64,000 nt of DNA, taken from assembly GCA_050173015.1 (NCBI GenBank), contig JBFXLE010000001.1, forward strand, positions 160,001 to 224,000. The letters run 5' to 3'. Positions 8,716 through 19,601 of the stretch are shown here, in pieces. This stretch comes from Calditrichaceae bacterium (GTDB lineage Bacteria > Calditrichota > Calditrichia > Calditrichales > JBFXGD01). How positions within the stretch are numbered: position 1 is the stretch's first letter; each line of letters starts with the position of its first letter. Below the pieces are notes generated by a model that saw only the letters and a program-made list of their open reading frames with translations, had not been told where the DNA came from and did not search any database. The translations under genes and the position numbers were made by a program.

Positions 8716-9509
8716 TATACATTTTGTATGGCCACTTTTGACTGAACTTGTTCACTGATCATTCCATAGCGGCGCTCGCGGTGTATGTAATCCCAAATAG
8801 CGTCGACCAGCTCAGGTTTCCTGAATTCGGGCCAGGATTTTGTGGTTATGTAAATTTCAGAATACGCAATCTGCCAAAGCAGAAAATTGCTGATCCGATT
8901 TTCCCCGCCTGTCCGGATGATTAAATCAGGATCCGGCTGACCTGCCGTGTTGAGATGGCTGCTGAATAAAGCCGTATCGATCACATCGGGATCAATTTCA
9001 CCTTTTTTCGCGCTATCCGCCAATTGCCTGCAGACATCCACGATCTCCTGGCGTCCTCCGTAACTCAAAGCGACATTTAACACAAGACCTGTATTATTCT
9101 TTGTCTGCTCAACAGCCGATTCCATGCTTTGTCGGGTAATATCCGGCAATTTTTCAAGATGACCTATTGTGCGAATCTGGACATTTTGTTCATTGAGCCG
9201 CTTAATTTTTTTATTGATAGTGGAAACCAATAATTGCATCAGGGCGGCCACTTCCCAGCTCGGTCGTTTCCAGTTTTCTTCGGAAAAAGTATAGATGGTC
9301 AAATATTTAACACCTAATTCAGCGCAGCCTTCCACTATAGACTCAACTGAATTCACTCCTTCATTATGACCTGCAATCCGAGGAAGATTTTGTTTTTTTG
9401 CCCATCTGCCATTGCCGTCCATAATGATCCCTACATGACGGGGCAGATCGGTATTTTGTTTTATTTGTTCTACTTTTTCAGAATAATCCGTTATTTTTCG
9501 ATTTATCAC
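8715..9509 (-). CDS. uppS: Undecaprenyl diphosphate synthase (cis-prenyltransferase)
   Basis: HVGIIMDGNGRWA, FSEENWKR, DLIIRTGGE.RISNFLLWQ. Confidence 0.96.
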   Translation of the reverse strand: MINRKITDYSEKVEQIKQNTDLPRHVGIIMDGNGRWAKKQNLPRIAGHNEGVNSVESIVEGCAELGVKYLTIYTFSEENWKRPSWEVAALMQLLVSTINKKIKRLNEQNVQIRTIGHLEKLPDITRQSMESAVEQTKNNTGLVLNVALSYGGRQEIVDVCRQLADSAKKGEIDPDVIDTALFSSHLNTAGQPDPDLIIRTGGENRISNFLLWQIAYSEIYITTKSWPEFRKPELVDAIWDYIHRERRYGMISEQVQSKVAIQNV

Positions 9510-10017
9510 GTATAAACTATTCCTTCAATATTTTGAAATATCGTTTTAATTTAAAGTTAATTCGCTTAAAGTCAAGCGTAAAAACAATCGACAAAAACTG
9601 TATAAGCTTGAATTAATTTACAGATTTATTTATTGACATCCAGGGCAGAAATCTATTTTTAATAGATCATATCCGCCGGATACTACTTAGATTATGATGA
9701 AAAGATTTAGATACTCTCCCGACATTTAAATTAGCATGCAGGTAAAATTAAAGTTACAAACATTATTCGCCTCCGGCAATATATGTTTGCGAAATACTTA
9801 AATTTTCATAATAAACGGCTATATTTCATTATTATTGTCGGGAAGAACAGCGATTAAAAAGCAGTTATCTGATGAAAAAATACACTATCTCAGACAGGAG
9901 AAATCCATCAAAACCACAAATATTTTCATGAAGGAAGTTCAGGTATACTCATTATTGCATTTAACTCGCGCTTTGATTAATTTTAAAGGCTAAAGACAAA
10001 TAAATTAAAAGGAATAC

Positions 10018-11823
10018 ATGTATCAGGATTTAATTAGAAATTTTTGCATTATCGCGCATATTGACCACGGAAAATCAACCCTTGCCGACCGGCTGCTTGA
10101 GTTTACACAGACTATTTCGCTTCGGGATCTGAAAGCACAGGTGCTGGACAGCATGGATCTTGAACGTGAACGGGGAATAACCATAAAATCTCATGCCATC
10201 CGCATGAAATATAAGGCAAAAGATAAACTGGAATATACATTCAATTTAATTGACACACCCGGTCATGTCGATTTTAGTTATGAAGTTTCCAGAAGTTTGG
10301 CGGCTTGCGAAGGTGCGTTGTTGGTCGTTGACGCGGCCCAGGGTGTTGAAGCTCAGACCATAAGCAATCTATATCTTGCAATCGAAAATGATCTTCAGAT
10401 CATACCGGTGATCAATAAAGTTGATTTACCGGGCGCTCAGGTGGAAACGGTAAAGAATCAGATTATAGAACTTATTGGCTGCGAAGAAGAAGAAATACTC
10501 CTGACCAGCGCGAAAAGCGGTCTCGGGGTCGAAACAATCCTGGAAACCATCATAAAAGTGATACCCTCGCCCAAAGGCGACCCGGATGAAAAACTTCAGG
10601 CGTTGATTTTTGATTCGATGTTTGACAGTTACCGCGGCGCGGTTGCCTACATTCGGGTGTTCAACGGGACACTTAAGACCAATGACGCCATAAAATTTTT
10701 CCGCCATCATCATCTCTTTAACGCGGATGAAATAGGTATTCTCAAACTAACCCGCGAACCAGTAAAGGAGCTGCGGGCCGGGGAAGTCGGTTATCTGATC
10801 TCCGGCGCGAAAGATGTTAAAGACACCAAGGTGGGAGATACTGTCACTTTAGCCAAAGATCCCGCTTCAAAGCCGCTCTCGGGGTACAAAGAAGTGAAAC
10901 CGATGGTGTTTTCAGGTATCTATCCTATCATAAGTGAAGATTTTGAGGATCTCAGGGACGCATTGGATAAACTGACGCTAAATGATTCCGCTCTTGTTTA
11001 TGTACCGGAAACATCCAAGGCTCTGGGATTTGGCTTCCGTTGCGGATTTTTGGGATTGCTCCACATGGAAATTGTTCAGGAACGTTTAGAACGTGAATAC
11101 AATTTATCAATTATCAACACCGTCCCGAACGTTGTTTACAAGGTCTATCTGACCAATGGAACCGTTAAAGAAATAGATAATCCCACCGAGATGCCAAATC
11201 AGGGCACGATCGAATATATAGAGGAACCTTATATTTCCGCGCAGATACTGACTCCGCCTGAATATATCGGTAATATTATGAAATTAGGTCAGGAAAAAAG
11301 AGCTATATTTAAGAATACAACCTATCTGGATCCCAGCCGCGCGGATATGCATTTTATGTTTCCGCTCTCGGAAGTCATCTTTGATTTCTATGATAAACTC
11401 AAGTCTCATACACGCGGTTACGCGTCGCTCGATTATGAATTAGACGAATACATGGAAGGGAAACTGGTCAAGCTTGATATCCTTATAAACGGCGAACCTC
11501 TGGATGCTTTGTCAACGATCGTGCATACTGATAAGGCATACGATTGGGGGCGGCGTCTTTGCCGTCATCTGAAAGACCTGATTCCAAGACAAATGTTCGA
11601 AGTGATCATTCAGGCGGCCATAGGGAGCAAAATTATCGCGCGAGACACCGTTAAACCGCTCAGAAAAAATGTGTTGGCTAAATGTTACGGCGGGGATGTC
11701 AGCCGGAAGCGTAAGCTGCTTGAGAAACAAAAAGAAGGAAAGAAACGTATGAAGCAGGTGGGACGCGTTGAAATTCCGCAGGAAGCGTTTCTCGCTGTGT
11801 TATCAATGAACACGGATAAGTAA
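10018..11823 (+). CDS. lepA: Elongation factor 4 (LepA)
   Basis: [38 protein letters not shown]. Confidence 0.98.
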   Translation: MYQDLIRNFCIIAHIDHGKSTLADRLLEFTQTISLRDLKAQVLDSMDLERERGITIKSHAIRMKYKAKDKLEYTFNLIDTPGHVDFSYEVSRSLAACEGALLVVDAAQGVEAQTISNLYLAIENDLQIIPVINKVDLPGAQVETVKNQIIELIGCEEEEILLTSAKSGLGVETILETIIKVIPSPKGDPDEKLQALIFDSMFDSYRGAVAYIRVFNGTLKTNDAIKFFRHHHLFNADEIGILKLTREPVKELRAGEVGYLISGAKDVKDTKVGDTVTLAKDPASKPLSGYKEVKPMVFSGIYPIISEDFEDLRDALDKLTLNDSALVYVPETSKALGFGFRCGFLGLLHMEIVQERLEREYNLSIINTVPNVVYKVYLTNGTVKEIDNPTEMPNQGTIEYIEEPYISAQILTPPEYIGNIMKLGQEKRAIFKNTTYLDPSRADMHFMFPLSEVIFDFYDKLKSHTRGYASLDYELDEYMEGKLVKLDILINGEPLDALSTIVHTDKAYDWGRRLCRHLKDLIPRQMFEVIIQAAIGSKIIARDTVKPLRKNVLAKCYGGDVSRKRKLLEKQKEGKKRMKQVGRVEIPQEAFLAVLSMNTDK

Positions 11824-11857
11824 AATATTTTCAGGAAACGAGGGTTAAGGAGGCATT

Positions 11858-12574
11858 TTGAGCGAATCCAAAGCAACTCCTAAAAATAGGTTCAGGGATG
11901 TTACAGAGGGTCTTGTTGTAGCGTTGCTGGCGGCTTTGATCATCAGACAATTTATCGTTCAGGCATATACCATTCCGACGTCATCCATGGAAGATACGCT
12001 CCTGGTAGGAGATTTTCTATTGGTGAATAAATTTAATTATGGAATGCGTTCGCCTGACTGGATCGGAATACCATACACCGATATCGGTTTTGATATGCCC
12101 TGGTTTCGCTTGCCCGCGATCAGGCAACCGGAACCTTATGATGTGGTCGTATTCAGATACCCGGAAAATCCCAGTTTGGATTATATAAAGAGATGTATCG
12201 CGAAAAGCGGGCAGGTCGTAAAGGTGAAGGATAAAATTGTCTATGTGGATGACCAGGAGTTCAGAAGACCGCCATTTTCCAAGTATATTGACCCGCATAT
12301 TTATCAGCGAAATCAGGGCGCCTATATTTTCCCTACGTTTATGAGTTTGGGGAGCAGGGATAATTATGGTCCTCTTTTAATCCCTGAAGATTCATTCTGG
12401 ATGATGGGCGATAATCGCGATAACAGCTCTGACAGCCGACAGTGGGGATTTGTCACATACGATCATATCGTGGGCGAGGCTTTAATTATTTATTTTTCAT
12501 GGAATTCGAGACTGCCCTGGACACAATTTTTCAATAAAATACGTTTTGACCGAATAGGTACCGTTATCAGATAA
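11858..12574 (+). CDS. lepB: Signal peptidase I
   Basis: IPTSSMEDTL (Ser), YIKRC (Lys), MGDNRDNSSDSR. Confidence 0.96.
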   Translation: MSESKATPKNRFRDVTEGLVVALLAALIIRQFIVQAYTIPTSSMEDTLLVGDFLLVNKFNYGMRSPDWIGIPYTDIGFDMPWFRLPAIRQPEPYDVVVFRYPENPSLDYIKRCIAKSGQVVKVKDKIVYVDDQEFRRPPFSKYIDPHIYQRNQGAYIFPTFMSLGSRDNYGPLLIPEDSFWMMGDNRDNSSDSRQWGFVTYDHIVGEALIIYFSWNSRLPWTQFFNKIRFDRIGTVIR

Positions 12575-12636
12575 TAATTTTGCAATAATCTATTACGGTC
12601 AACCCGGAATAATCCATCTTTTAGATGCGCTTAAAT

Positions 12637-13794
12637 ATGAAAAAAAATATCAGCCCTTTTCCGGGTATTTATATACATATTCCATATTGTGATACCAAAT
12701 GCGGATATTGCGATTTTTATTCGGTGACCAATCACTCGGGCAGGAAACATTTCATACCTTCTCTGATAAAAGAGATGGAGAGTAAGGCCGGGGAAATCCC
12801 GGAAGAAACCGTCTTTGATACTATCTATCTCGGTGGCGGCACCCCTTCGTTACTAACACGGGATGAACTTGAACCCTTGTTCGAATCCCTTCATAAAAAT
12901 CTCCATTTTGCTGAAAACACCGAAATCACTATAGAAGCGAACCCGGGCACAATTAGCAAAGAGAGTTTTCGTCTCTACAGGTCGCTGGGGATAAACCGGC
13001 TGAGTATCGGTATACAGAGCTTTTCAGATAAAGAACTAAAATTTCTGGGGAGAATTCACACCGCGGAACAGGCAATCAAAACTGTTGATCTGGCCAGAGA
13101 AGAAGATATTCGGAATATAAGCATCGATTTGATTTTCGCGTTACCGGGACAAACCCTGATTCAATGGAAACAAAATCTTGAGACGGCAATGGGCCTGAAT
13201 CCGGAGCATATATCCGCCTATAATCTGATATTCGAGGAAGGAACTCCCTTTTATTCATCCATGTTAAAGGGTAATATCATTCCCAAAAAGGATGAGGATG
13301 AAAGCCGTTTTTTTGCGGAGACCATTCAGTTTTTGGCGGGAAAAAATTATGTTCATTATGAAGTTTCAAATTTCGCTCGGGACGAATCTCTTTTCTCGCG
13401 TCATAACTATAAATACTGGGATCACACTAATTACCTGGGATTTGGTCCGTCGGCTCATTCATTCTGGGGGCAGAAAAGATGGTCCAATGTCCGTTCCGTT
13501 GCGCAATATGTGAGTAAAATACAGACAGGCAAAAGCCCTGAGGCGTTCTCCGAAATTCTGAATACGGAAACAAGGATTTTTGAAAGTATATTTTTGGGTC
13601 TGAGAACTTTGTCGGGTATTGATTTGAAACGGTTTGAGTCTCTTTATCAAAAATCGTTCCTTGATTTATATAAACAAAAAGTTCAGGATTTGATTGCTGA
13701 CGAATTCGCCGAGATCACGGATTCACATTTTCGGCTGACCAAAAAAGGATTATTTATTTGTGATGAAATATTACCTGCGTTTGCTCCTAATTAG
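12637..13794 (+). CDS. hemW: Radical SAM heme chaperone HemW (HemN-like)
   Basis: YIHIPYCDTKCGYCDF, GGGTPS, YEVSNFA, HNYKYW (HNxxYW). Confidence 0.9.
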   Translation: MKKNISPFPGIYIHIPYCDTKCGYCDFYSVTNHSGRKHFIPSLIKEMESKAGEIPEETVFDTIYLGGGTPSLLTRDELEPLFESLHKNLHFAENTEITIEANPGTISKESFRLYRSLGINRLSIGIQSFSDKELKFLGRIHTAEQAIKTVDLAREEDIRNISIDLIFALPGQTLIQWKQNLETAMGLNPEHISAYNLIFEEGTPFYSSMLKGNIIPKKDEDESRFFAETIQFLAGKNYVHYEVSNFARDESLFSRHNYKYWDHTNYLGFGPSAHSFWGQKRWSNVRSVAQYVSKIQTGKSPEAFSEILNTETRIFESIFLGLRTLSGIDLKRFESLYQKSFLDLYKQKVQDLIADEFAEITDSHFRLTKKGLFICDEILPAFAPN

Positions 13795-15592
13795 CCTTTT
13801 GCTGATTTCCGCGGGCATTACAGAGAGCGCTCTTTACGCTCAGGCCGGAAACCGTCTGCAAATTGCTAAAGTACTTGAAAAAGCCGGTCAGTATAAGGAC
13901 GCGCTCCAGATATATTTGCCCATGTACCGTTCGGGTGACCGGTCTGTTCAGGTAATTTCGGGAATTGAGAACTCGTACAGAGAGCTGTCGCAGTATGATG
14001 AACTTATTGAATTTCTATCCGGTCTGACGCGTGAATATCCGGAAAACATAAGTTATCAAATAAATCTCGGATCAGCCCGGTATCTGAATAACCAGAAGGA
14101 CAAAGCTCTTCAAATCTGGCAGGCGGTGTATAACACAGAACCGCAGAATATTATGAATTACCGGTTGATCGCATCCGCGATGATCCAGTTAAGATTGTAT
14201 GATCAGGCTATTGATGTTTATAAACAGGCGATGCGGCGGATAAAAAACCAGGAAATATTGTACAGGGAGATCGGGAATCTTTACAGAGCGCAATTAAATT
14301 ATGAACGCGCGGTGGATAATTTTCTTCATTATTATCGCTATGACACAAAACAGTTTAACTATGTAAACATCCAGATAATAACAATGTCGAAAGATGACGA
14401 AGCCGTCGGCAGAATCATCGACGCGATTACCGATCACACAAACCAATTCGGGAGTGATCCCTTAATTGATGAACTTCTGGCCGGAATGTATATAAGGAAA
14501 AAGGAATTCGGAAACGCTTTTAAAATTTACCGGCAGCTGGATCAGCAGGACAAAAACCGCAATTATTTGATTCTTTTTGGAAAAGAAGCCGAAAAAAATT
14601 GGGCCTTCGAATATGCCATTCAGGCTTATAAATTAATGCTTAATGACAGCGGAGATGAAAGAAACAAGGAGCAGGTTCAGTTAAGTCTCGCAAAATGTAC
14701 CTATGACTTCGGCGAAGAACTGAGCAAAAAGGGAGATCAGCTGAAAGCGGGGCAGCGGGTGGAAGAATCCATCAGGATGCTTGAATCCATCCAAAAGCAG
14801 GTGACCAGACAGGATGTAAAAAGAGATGCCCTTGAACTTCAGGGTGACATACATCTTGAATTCTATAATGACACGGATAAAGCGATTGATTTATATTCAC
14901 AACTGCTAAAGGAAAATTTACCTGTTCACATTGCCGGAAGAGTCAAAATCAAGCTTGGTCAGTCTTTCCTGATAAAAAATGATCTGAATACGGCATTAAA
15001 AATATTTCGTTCGGTTAACAACGGACAGTACGCGAACCGGGCCTCATACTATCTGGCGGAAATCAGTTTTTACAACGGGCAGTTTAGCAGCGCGCGGTCA
15101 GGGTTTGAGCATTTGATTTCACGCGCGGGGATGAGCGATACGCTTGCCAACAACGCGCTGGAGAGAATATTTTTAATTGATCAGTATGCCGCCGATTCGA
15201 CCGGACTTGCTGAATTTTCCGCGGCGGAATTGCTTCTGGCGCGGGAGAAACGATCGGAAGCGGCTAAGAAATACAATGAACTTTTTTTGAAAAAAAAACA
15301 AATCAGTCCGATGGCCGGGTTAAAGGCGGCATCCGTTTACAAAAGTCTTGAGATGTCAGATGAAGGCATGGCTGTCCTGGAAAGTTTTATTTCAGCCTAT
15401 CCGGATGATCCGGAAATCGATAAGGCTTTTTTCTCACTGGCCGGAATATATGAGCGACAATCTGACTTTGTGAAGGCGATTGCCTGTTACCAGCAAATAT
15501 TACAAAATTATCCCGGAAGTTTTTATCTCGATGAGGCCAGGAACAACATACGCGAAATAACGCCAATTTTGGAAAGTCTTAAAAAACAATGA
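13760..15592 (+). CDS. Exported tetratricopeptide-repeat protein
   Basis: Signal peptide plus many TPR-like helices, ending YPGS. Confidence 0.85.
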   Translation: MMKYYLRLLLISLLLISAGITESALYAQAGNRLQIAKVLEKAGQYKDALQIYLPMYRSGDRSVQVISGIENSYRELSQYDELIEFLSGLTREYPENISYQINLGSARYLNNQKDKALQIWQAVYNTEPQNIMNYRLIASAMIQLRLYDQAIDVYKQAMRRIKNQEILYREIGNLYRAQLNYERAVDNFLHYYRYDTKQFNYVNIQIITMSKDDEAVGRIIDAITDHTNQFGSDPLIDELLAGMYIRKKEFGNAFKIYRQLDQQDKNRNYLILFGKEAEKNWAFEYAIQAYKLMLNDSGDERNKEQVQLSLAKCTYDFGEELSKKGDQLKAGQRVEESIRMLESIQKQVTRQDVKRDALELQGDIHLEFYNDTDKAIDLYSQLLKENLPVHIAGRVKIKLGQSFLIKNDLNTALKIFRSVNNGQYANRASYYLAEISFYNGQFSSARSGFEHLISRAGMSDTLANNALERIFLIDQYAADSTGLAEFSAAELLLAREKRSEAAKKYNELFLKKKQISPMAGLKAASVYKSLEMSDEGMAVLESFISAYPDDPEIDKAFFSLAGIYERQSDFVKAIACYQQILQNYPGSFYLDEARNNIREITPILESLKKQ

Positions 15593-16848
15593 AAAAAATC
15601 ATCTTTTATATGCTGATTTTATTTATGGGTAAATTGTCTTTCGCCCAGTTTATATTGGTTCCGATGGATTTGTCGCAAACCAATCACCTAAAAGCCTATG
15701 GTGTCGCCTATTGGGTTTTAAAACATGATGTTACCATCGAATGGCTTCTGAACTACAGAGGCGGATCTTTCCTCTTTACCGGAAGCACGGGTTTTGAGAA
15801 TGAATGCCGCGTCAGAGGAGTGAAGTTTGAATCTGTTACTTCAGGTGATGTAAGCCGGATCTATTCGGAGCTTGAAGAAAATAATATGGAAAAAATCCTG
15901 CTTGAAAAAGCGCCAAAAATAGCCGTTTATACACCACCCGGATTTCAACCCTGGGATGACGCGGTCACGCTGGCCATGGTTTATGCGGAAATTGATTATG
16001 ATAAAATTTATGATAAAGATGTGCTGAGCGGTGTACTCAATCAATACGACTGGCTGCATCTTCATCATGAAGATTTTACGGGGCAATACGGAAAATTCTG
16101 GAGTAGTTTCAGGAATGAAACCTGGTATATTAAACAACAACTGGAAGCAGAAAAATTAGCGGCGGAACTCGGATATGTTAAGGTAAGCAAGGAAAAAGGA
16201 GCCGTCGCGAGAGAAATCAGGCGGTATGTGGGAGAGGGAGGATTTCTTTTTGCCATGTGCTCGGCGACCGATGCCATGGATATCGCGCTCTCCGCCGAAT
16301 CTACCGATATTTGCGCGTCCGTCTTTGACGGTGATCCGGTTGATCCGAATTTTGAGCAAAAACTCGATTTTACAAAAACCCTGGCATTTGAAAATTTTAA
16401 ATTAATCTCTGACCCCGCGATTTATGAATTCTCGGATATTGATATTCCGTCAAGCAATATGCCGCGGGTCCGCGATCCGGAAACGGATTATTTTTCTTTA
16501 TTTGAATTTTCGGCGAAATATGATCCTGTGCCAACCATGCTGACTCAGAATCATGTCAATGTTGTAAAGGGCTTTATGGGACAAACAACCATGTTCAGAG
16601 AGGAAAAGATTAAACCATCGGTGACGATCATGGGTAAAATCGATGGCACAAATGAGATTAAGTATTTACATGGTAATTTCGGTAAAGGGACCTTTACATT
16701 TTACGGAGGCCACGATCCTGAAGACTACACGCATCAGGTGGGTGACCCGCCAACGGATCTCTCGCTGCATAAAAATTCTCCGGGGTACCGTCTAATCCTG
16801 AATAATATCCTTTTCCCGGCGGCGAAAAAGAAAAAGCTTAAGACATAA
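15589..16848 (+). CDS. Conserved exported protein of FCB bacteria (often auto-labelled 'asparagine synthetase B'; GATase-like fold)
   Basis: QTNHLKAYG, PWDDAVT, WLHLHHEDFTGQYGKF, FAMCSATD; signal peptide. Confidence 0.75.
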   Translation: MKKIIFYMLILFMGKLSFAQFILVPMDLSQTNHLKAYGVAYWVLKHDVTIEWLLNYRGGSFLFTGSTGFENECRVRGVKFESVTSGDVSRIYSELEENNMEKILLEKAPKIAVYTPPGFQPWDDAVTLAMVYAEIDYDKIYDKDVLSGVLNQYDWLHLHHEDFTGQYGKFWSSFRNETWYIKQQLEAEKLAAELGYVKVSKEKGAVAREIRRYVGEGGFLFAMCSATDAMDIALSAESTDICASVFDGDPVDPNFEQKLDFTKTLAFENFKLISDPAIYEFSDIDIPSSNMPRVRDPETDYFSLFEFSAKYDPVPTMLTQNHVNVVKGFMGQTTMFREEKIKPSVTIMGKIDGTNEIKYLHGNFGKGTFTFYGGHDPEDYTHQVGDPPTDLSLHKNSPGYRLILNNILFPAAKKKKLKT

Positions 16849-16857
16849 GGAGAATCT

Positions 16858-17256
16858 TTGAATATAATTTCTATCAGGACAGAAAACCGGACAGGCTTTA
16901 TCGATATTACCGGAAAAATTCGACAGATCATACAGGAAAACAACATGAAAAGCGGAATTGTATCCATTTTCATTCCGCACACAACAGCGGCGGTAACGAT
17001 AAATGAGAACGCGGATCCTGATGTCCAAAGAGATATGCTTTATGAGATAAATAAAATTGTTCCTTTTGACGACGGATATCATCACGGTGAAGGGAATTCC
17101 GCGGCGCACATTAAATCGTCAATGTTTGGAGCATCGGAAACGATCATTGTTGAGAACGGGCAATTACAACTTGGGACATGGCAGGGGATCTATTTTTGTG
17201 AATTTGACGGCCCGCGAAATCGAAAAATATGGGTAAAACTTATAAAAAGTGAATGA
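16858..17256 (+). CDS. yjbQ: YjbQ/UPF0047 family protein
   Basis: PHTTAAVTINENADPDV, NSAAHIKS, LGTWQGIYFCEFDGPR. Confidence 0.92.
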   Translation: MNIISIRTENRTGFIDITGKIRQIIQENNMKSGIVSIFIPHTTAAVTINENADPDVQRDMLYEINKIVPFDDGYHHGEGNSAAHIKSSMFGASETIIVENGQLQLGTWQGIYFCEFDGPRNRKIWVKLIKSE

Positions 17257-17357
17257 ATCTCGTTTTTTTTGATGTTGTATTTAAATAAAACTTGCCCGAT
17301 TCCTGAAATCATGATATTTTACACATTCTCGCAGGTTTATCATAAAGGAGCTGATGA

Positions 17358-18686
17358 ATGCTGGACCAAACTGTTGAAATATTTATTGAACGGTTAAAAA
17401 AAATTGTTCTGACCGATCAAAAGATGACTTCGATTCCGCTTGCTTATTTAAAAACACTGGATCTTCCGGAATCAATTAAACATTTTTTTGATCAGGAAGT
17501 TGAACTCTGGATTCGTGAGGAAGAGGAAAAATTTACCACTACCGAACGCTTTGATTATGATATGCCCGAAGTCCGAATGTTGATTGATCAGATTTTCGAC
17601 TATCTTAAGCAGAACGCGTATTTCCATGTGAATAAATTTAATCAATTGCTTGAGCGGGCAGTGAAACTCGAAATGAACTATCTCATTGAACCACACAGGA
17701 CATTGAGTCAGTTTCTTTTCCGAAACAGCCCGATTGTCTCCACGATAGAGGTTTATGACACCCTCAAATATTTTTTCAGATATGAATATTATAAAAACGC
17801 TATTTCGGATTACTTTAATATGAAATATCTGCGGGAGATTTCGGAGGATCAGTTTGTTGAATTGGTTGACCAGATAGATGAGAAGGCATTCGCAGAAAAT
17901 CGAGTCGACACAACCCTTAAAACTCTTAAGACCATTGTATCGTTTATTGGCGAAGCCCGTCAGGAACAATTGGAAACACTGTCCATCGATGTGCTCTCCG
18001 CCGCTCTGAAAGACCGTAATCTGAAGGATTTTGAAAGCCTGGTGGATCGTGTCAGGACTGAAACAGAATTATCAGAACTTACTTTTAATGAAATCGAAAG
18101 TCTGCTGCGCGACGGGACCATTCCCGGTACTGAAAAAGAACAAGAAGAAGCGACCGAAGTAATCGGGTATGATCAGGTTGAAGATATCGAAACGAGCAAA
18201 CCCGAAATCGCGGTCGATGGTATTGAAGTACATGAAATGCAGATGGATAAGGTAAAACTGGAAGAGGAAGCGGAAGAGGAAGATGAGGAAGAGGATGAAG
18301 TTCCGGAAACAGCCGCGCCGGCACCGGTGCCTGAATCGGGTTCAAAGGGCAAAGTAGCAGATGATCTGGCAGCGCATGTCGCCCGTCAAATCATGTCCGA
18401 TACTCCGCTTGAAGATCTGAACACAATGATAAAGGGTCGTGCCAGGCGAAAAATTCTCAAAAAACTATTCAGTAAGAAAGAAAATGAATTTCTGGGCTTT
18501 TTAAAAACGATCAACGAACTCTCCACATGGAAAGATGCTTCGCATGTGATTGATGATGAATTTTATAATCGCAGTATAAATCCTTACTCAAAGGAAGCCA
18601 TTGCTTTGAGTGATATCATTTATATGCGCTTTTTCCCGAAAGATAAATATGTCGGTGAAAAAAGCGATGACATGGCTTTTGATTAA
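17358..18686 (+). CDS. Hypothetical acidic cytoplasmic protein
   Basis: 442-aa ORF with AAGGAG RBS; Glu-rich linker; no family recognised. Confidence 0.8.
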   Translation: MLDQTVEIFIERLKKIVLTDQKMTSIPLAYLKTLDLPESIKHFFDQEVELWIREEEEKFTTTERFDYDMPEVRMLIDQIFDYLKQNAYFHVNKFNQLLERAVKLEMNYLIEPHRTLSQFLFRNSPIVSTIEVYDTLKYFFRYEYYKNAISDYFNMKYLREISEDQFVELVDQIDEKAFAENRVDTTLKTLKTIVSFIGEARQEQLETLSIDVLSAALKDRNLKDFESLVDRVRTETELSELTFNEIESLLRDGTIPGTEKEQEEATEVIGYDQVEDIETSKPEIAVDGIEVHEMQMDKVKLEEEAEEEDEEEDEVPETAAPAPVPESGSKGKVADDLAAHVARQIMSDTPLEDLNTMIKGRARRKILKKLFSKKENEFLGFLKTINELSTWKDASHVIDDEFYNRSINPYSKEAIALSDIIYMRFFPKDKYVGEKSDDMAFD

Positions 18687-18761
18687 TCCCGTATAATTTT
18701 GTAAATATCAAGAGATCACATAGTGGTCTCTTTTTTTTTATTTAAATGGGTATTCACTGAC

Positions 18762-19601
18762 ATGAAAAATATTCTGATACTGGGAGCCGGAAAAGTCGGC
18801 ACATCACTAAATATCGCGTTAAGATCGACAGGATACAGCAATGTCGCGATGAAAGGCCGACAGGGTGAAAAGGCTTCCGAAGCCGGCGCTGATTATCTTG
18901 ACGAATTATCCGATGAATTGTTGACGCGGGTGGACTTAATCTTCATCTGCGTCCAGGATTCAAAAATCACAGATACCGTAAAGGAGCTGCGACGGTTTAA
19001 TCTATCCGGGAAAAGAATCGTCCATACTTCCGGCGCTTATGATTCACAGATTCTCGCTTCTCTGCGGACAAAAGGAGCAAAAACCGGCAGCTTTCATCCC
19101 ATCCAGACCTTTCCGGATAAATCTCTCCCTCTAAAAATTTGGAACAGGATTGTATGTACTTATGAAGGTGATGAAGAAAACAGGCAAATGTTGTCAGAAA
19201 TTTGTTCGCGGTTTGGCGCGCGGTTGCTGCCGGTCACGCCCGACCAAAAAACAGCTCTGCATCTGGCTGCCGTCGTGTCGGCCAATTATATGATCGCCCT
19301 GTTTTCCTGGGCTGAAAATATAATCAGTGACGCGGGTATAAATGAACTGCCGGCGAATGAACTTCTTGGTAATATCATAGAACAGGTTGCAGGAAATTAT
19401 AAGAATCAATCTTCTGAAAAAATACTTACCGGTCCTTTGGCCAGGGGAGATTGGGAAACAATTGAAAAGCATTTGGAATATTTAAAGAATTATCCGGCCA
19501 AGTATTCCCTTATATATAAAAAGTTGGCGGAACTGTTGTTGGATGACCGGAAATTTAATATTCCAAACAGGGACAAACTGGAAAAGATATTATTAACATG
19601 A
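18762..19601 (+). CDS. Rossmann-like/DUF2520 oxidoreductase (PanG-like)
   Basis: GAGKVG, VHTSGA, FHPIQTF, LHLAAV, LTGPLARGD. Confidence 0.85.
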   Translation: MKNILILGAGKVGTSLNIALRSTGYSNVAMKGRQGEKASEAGADYLDELSDELLTRVDLIFICVQDSKITDTVKELRRFNLSGKRIVHTSGAYDSQILASLRTKGAKTGSFHPIQTFPDKSLPLKIWNRIVCTYEGDEENRQMLSEICSRFGARLLPVTPDQKTALHLAAVVSANYMIALFSWAENIISDAGINELPANELLGNIIEQVAGNYKNQSSEKILTGPLARGDWETIEKHLEYLKNYPAKYSLIYKKLAELLLDDRKFNIPNRDKLEKILLT

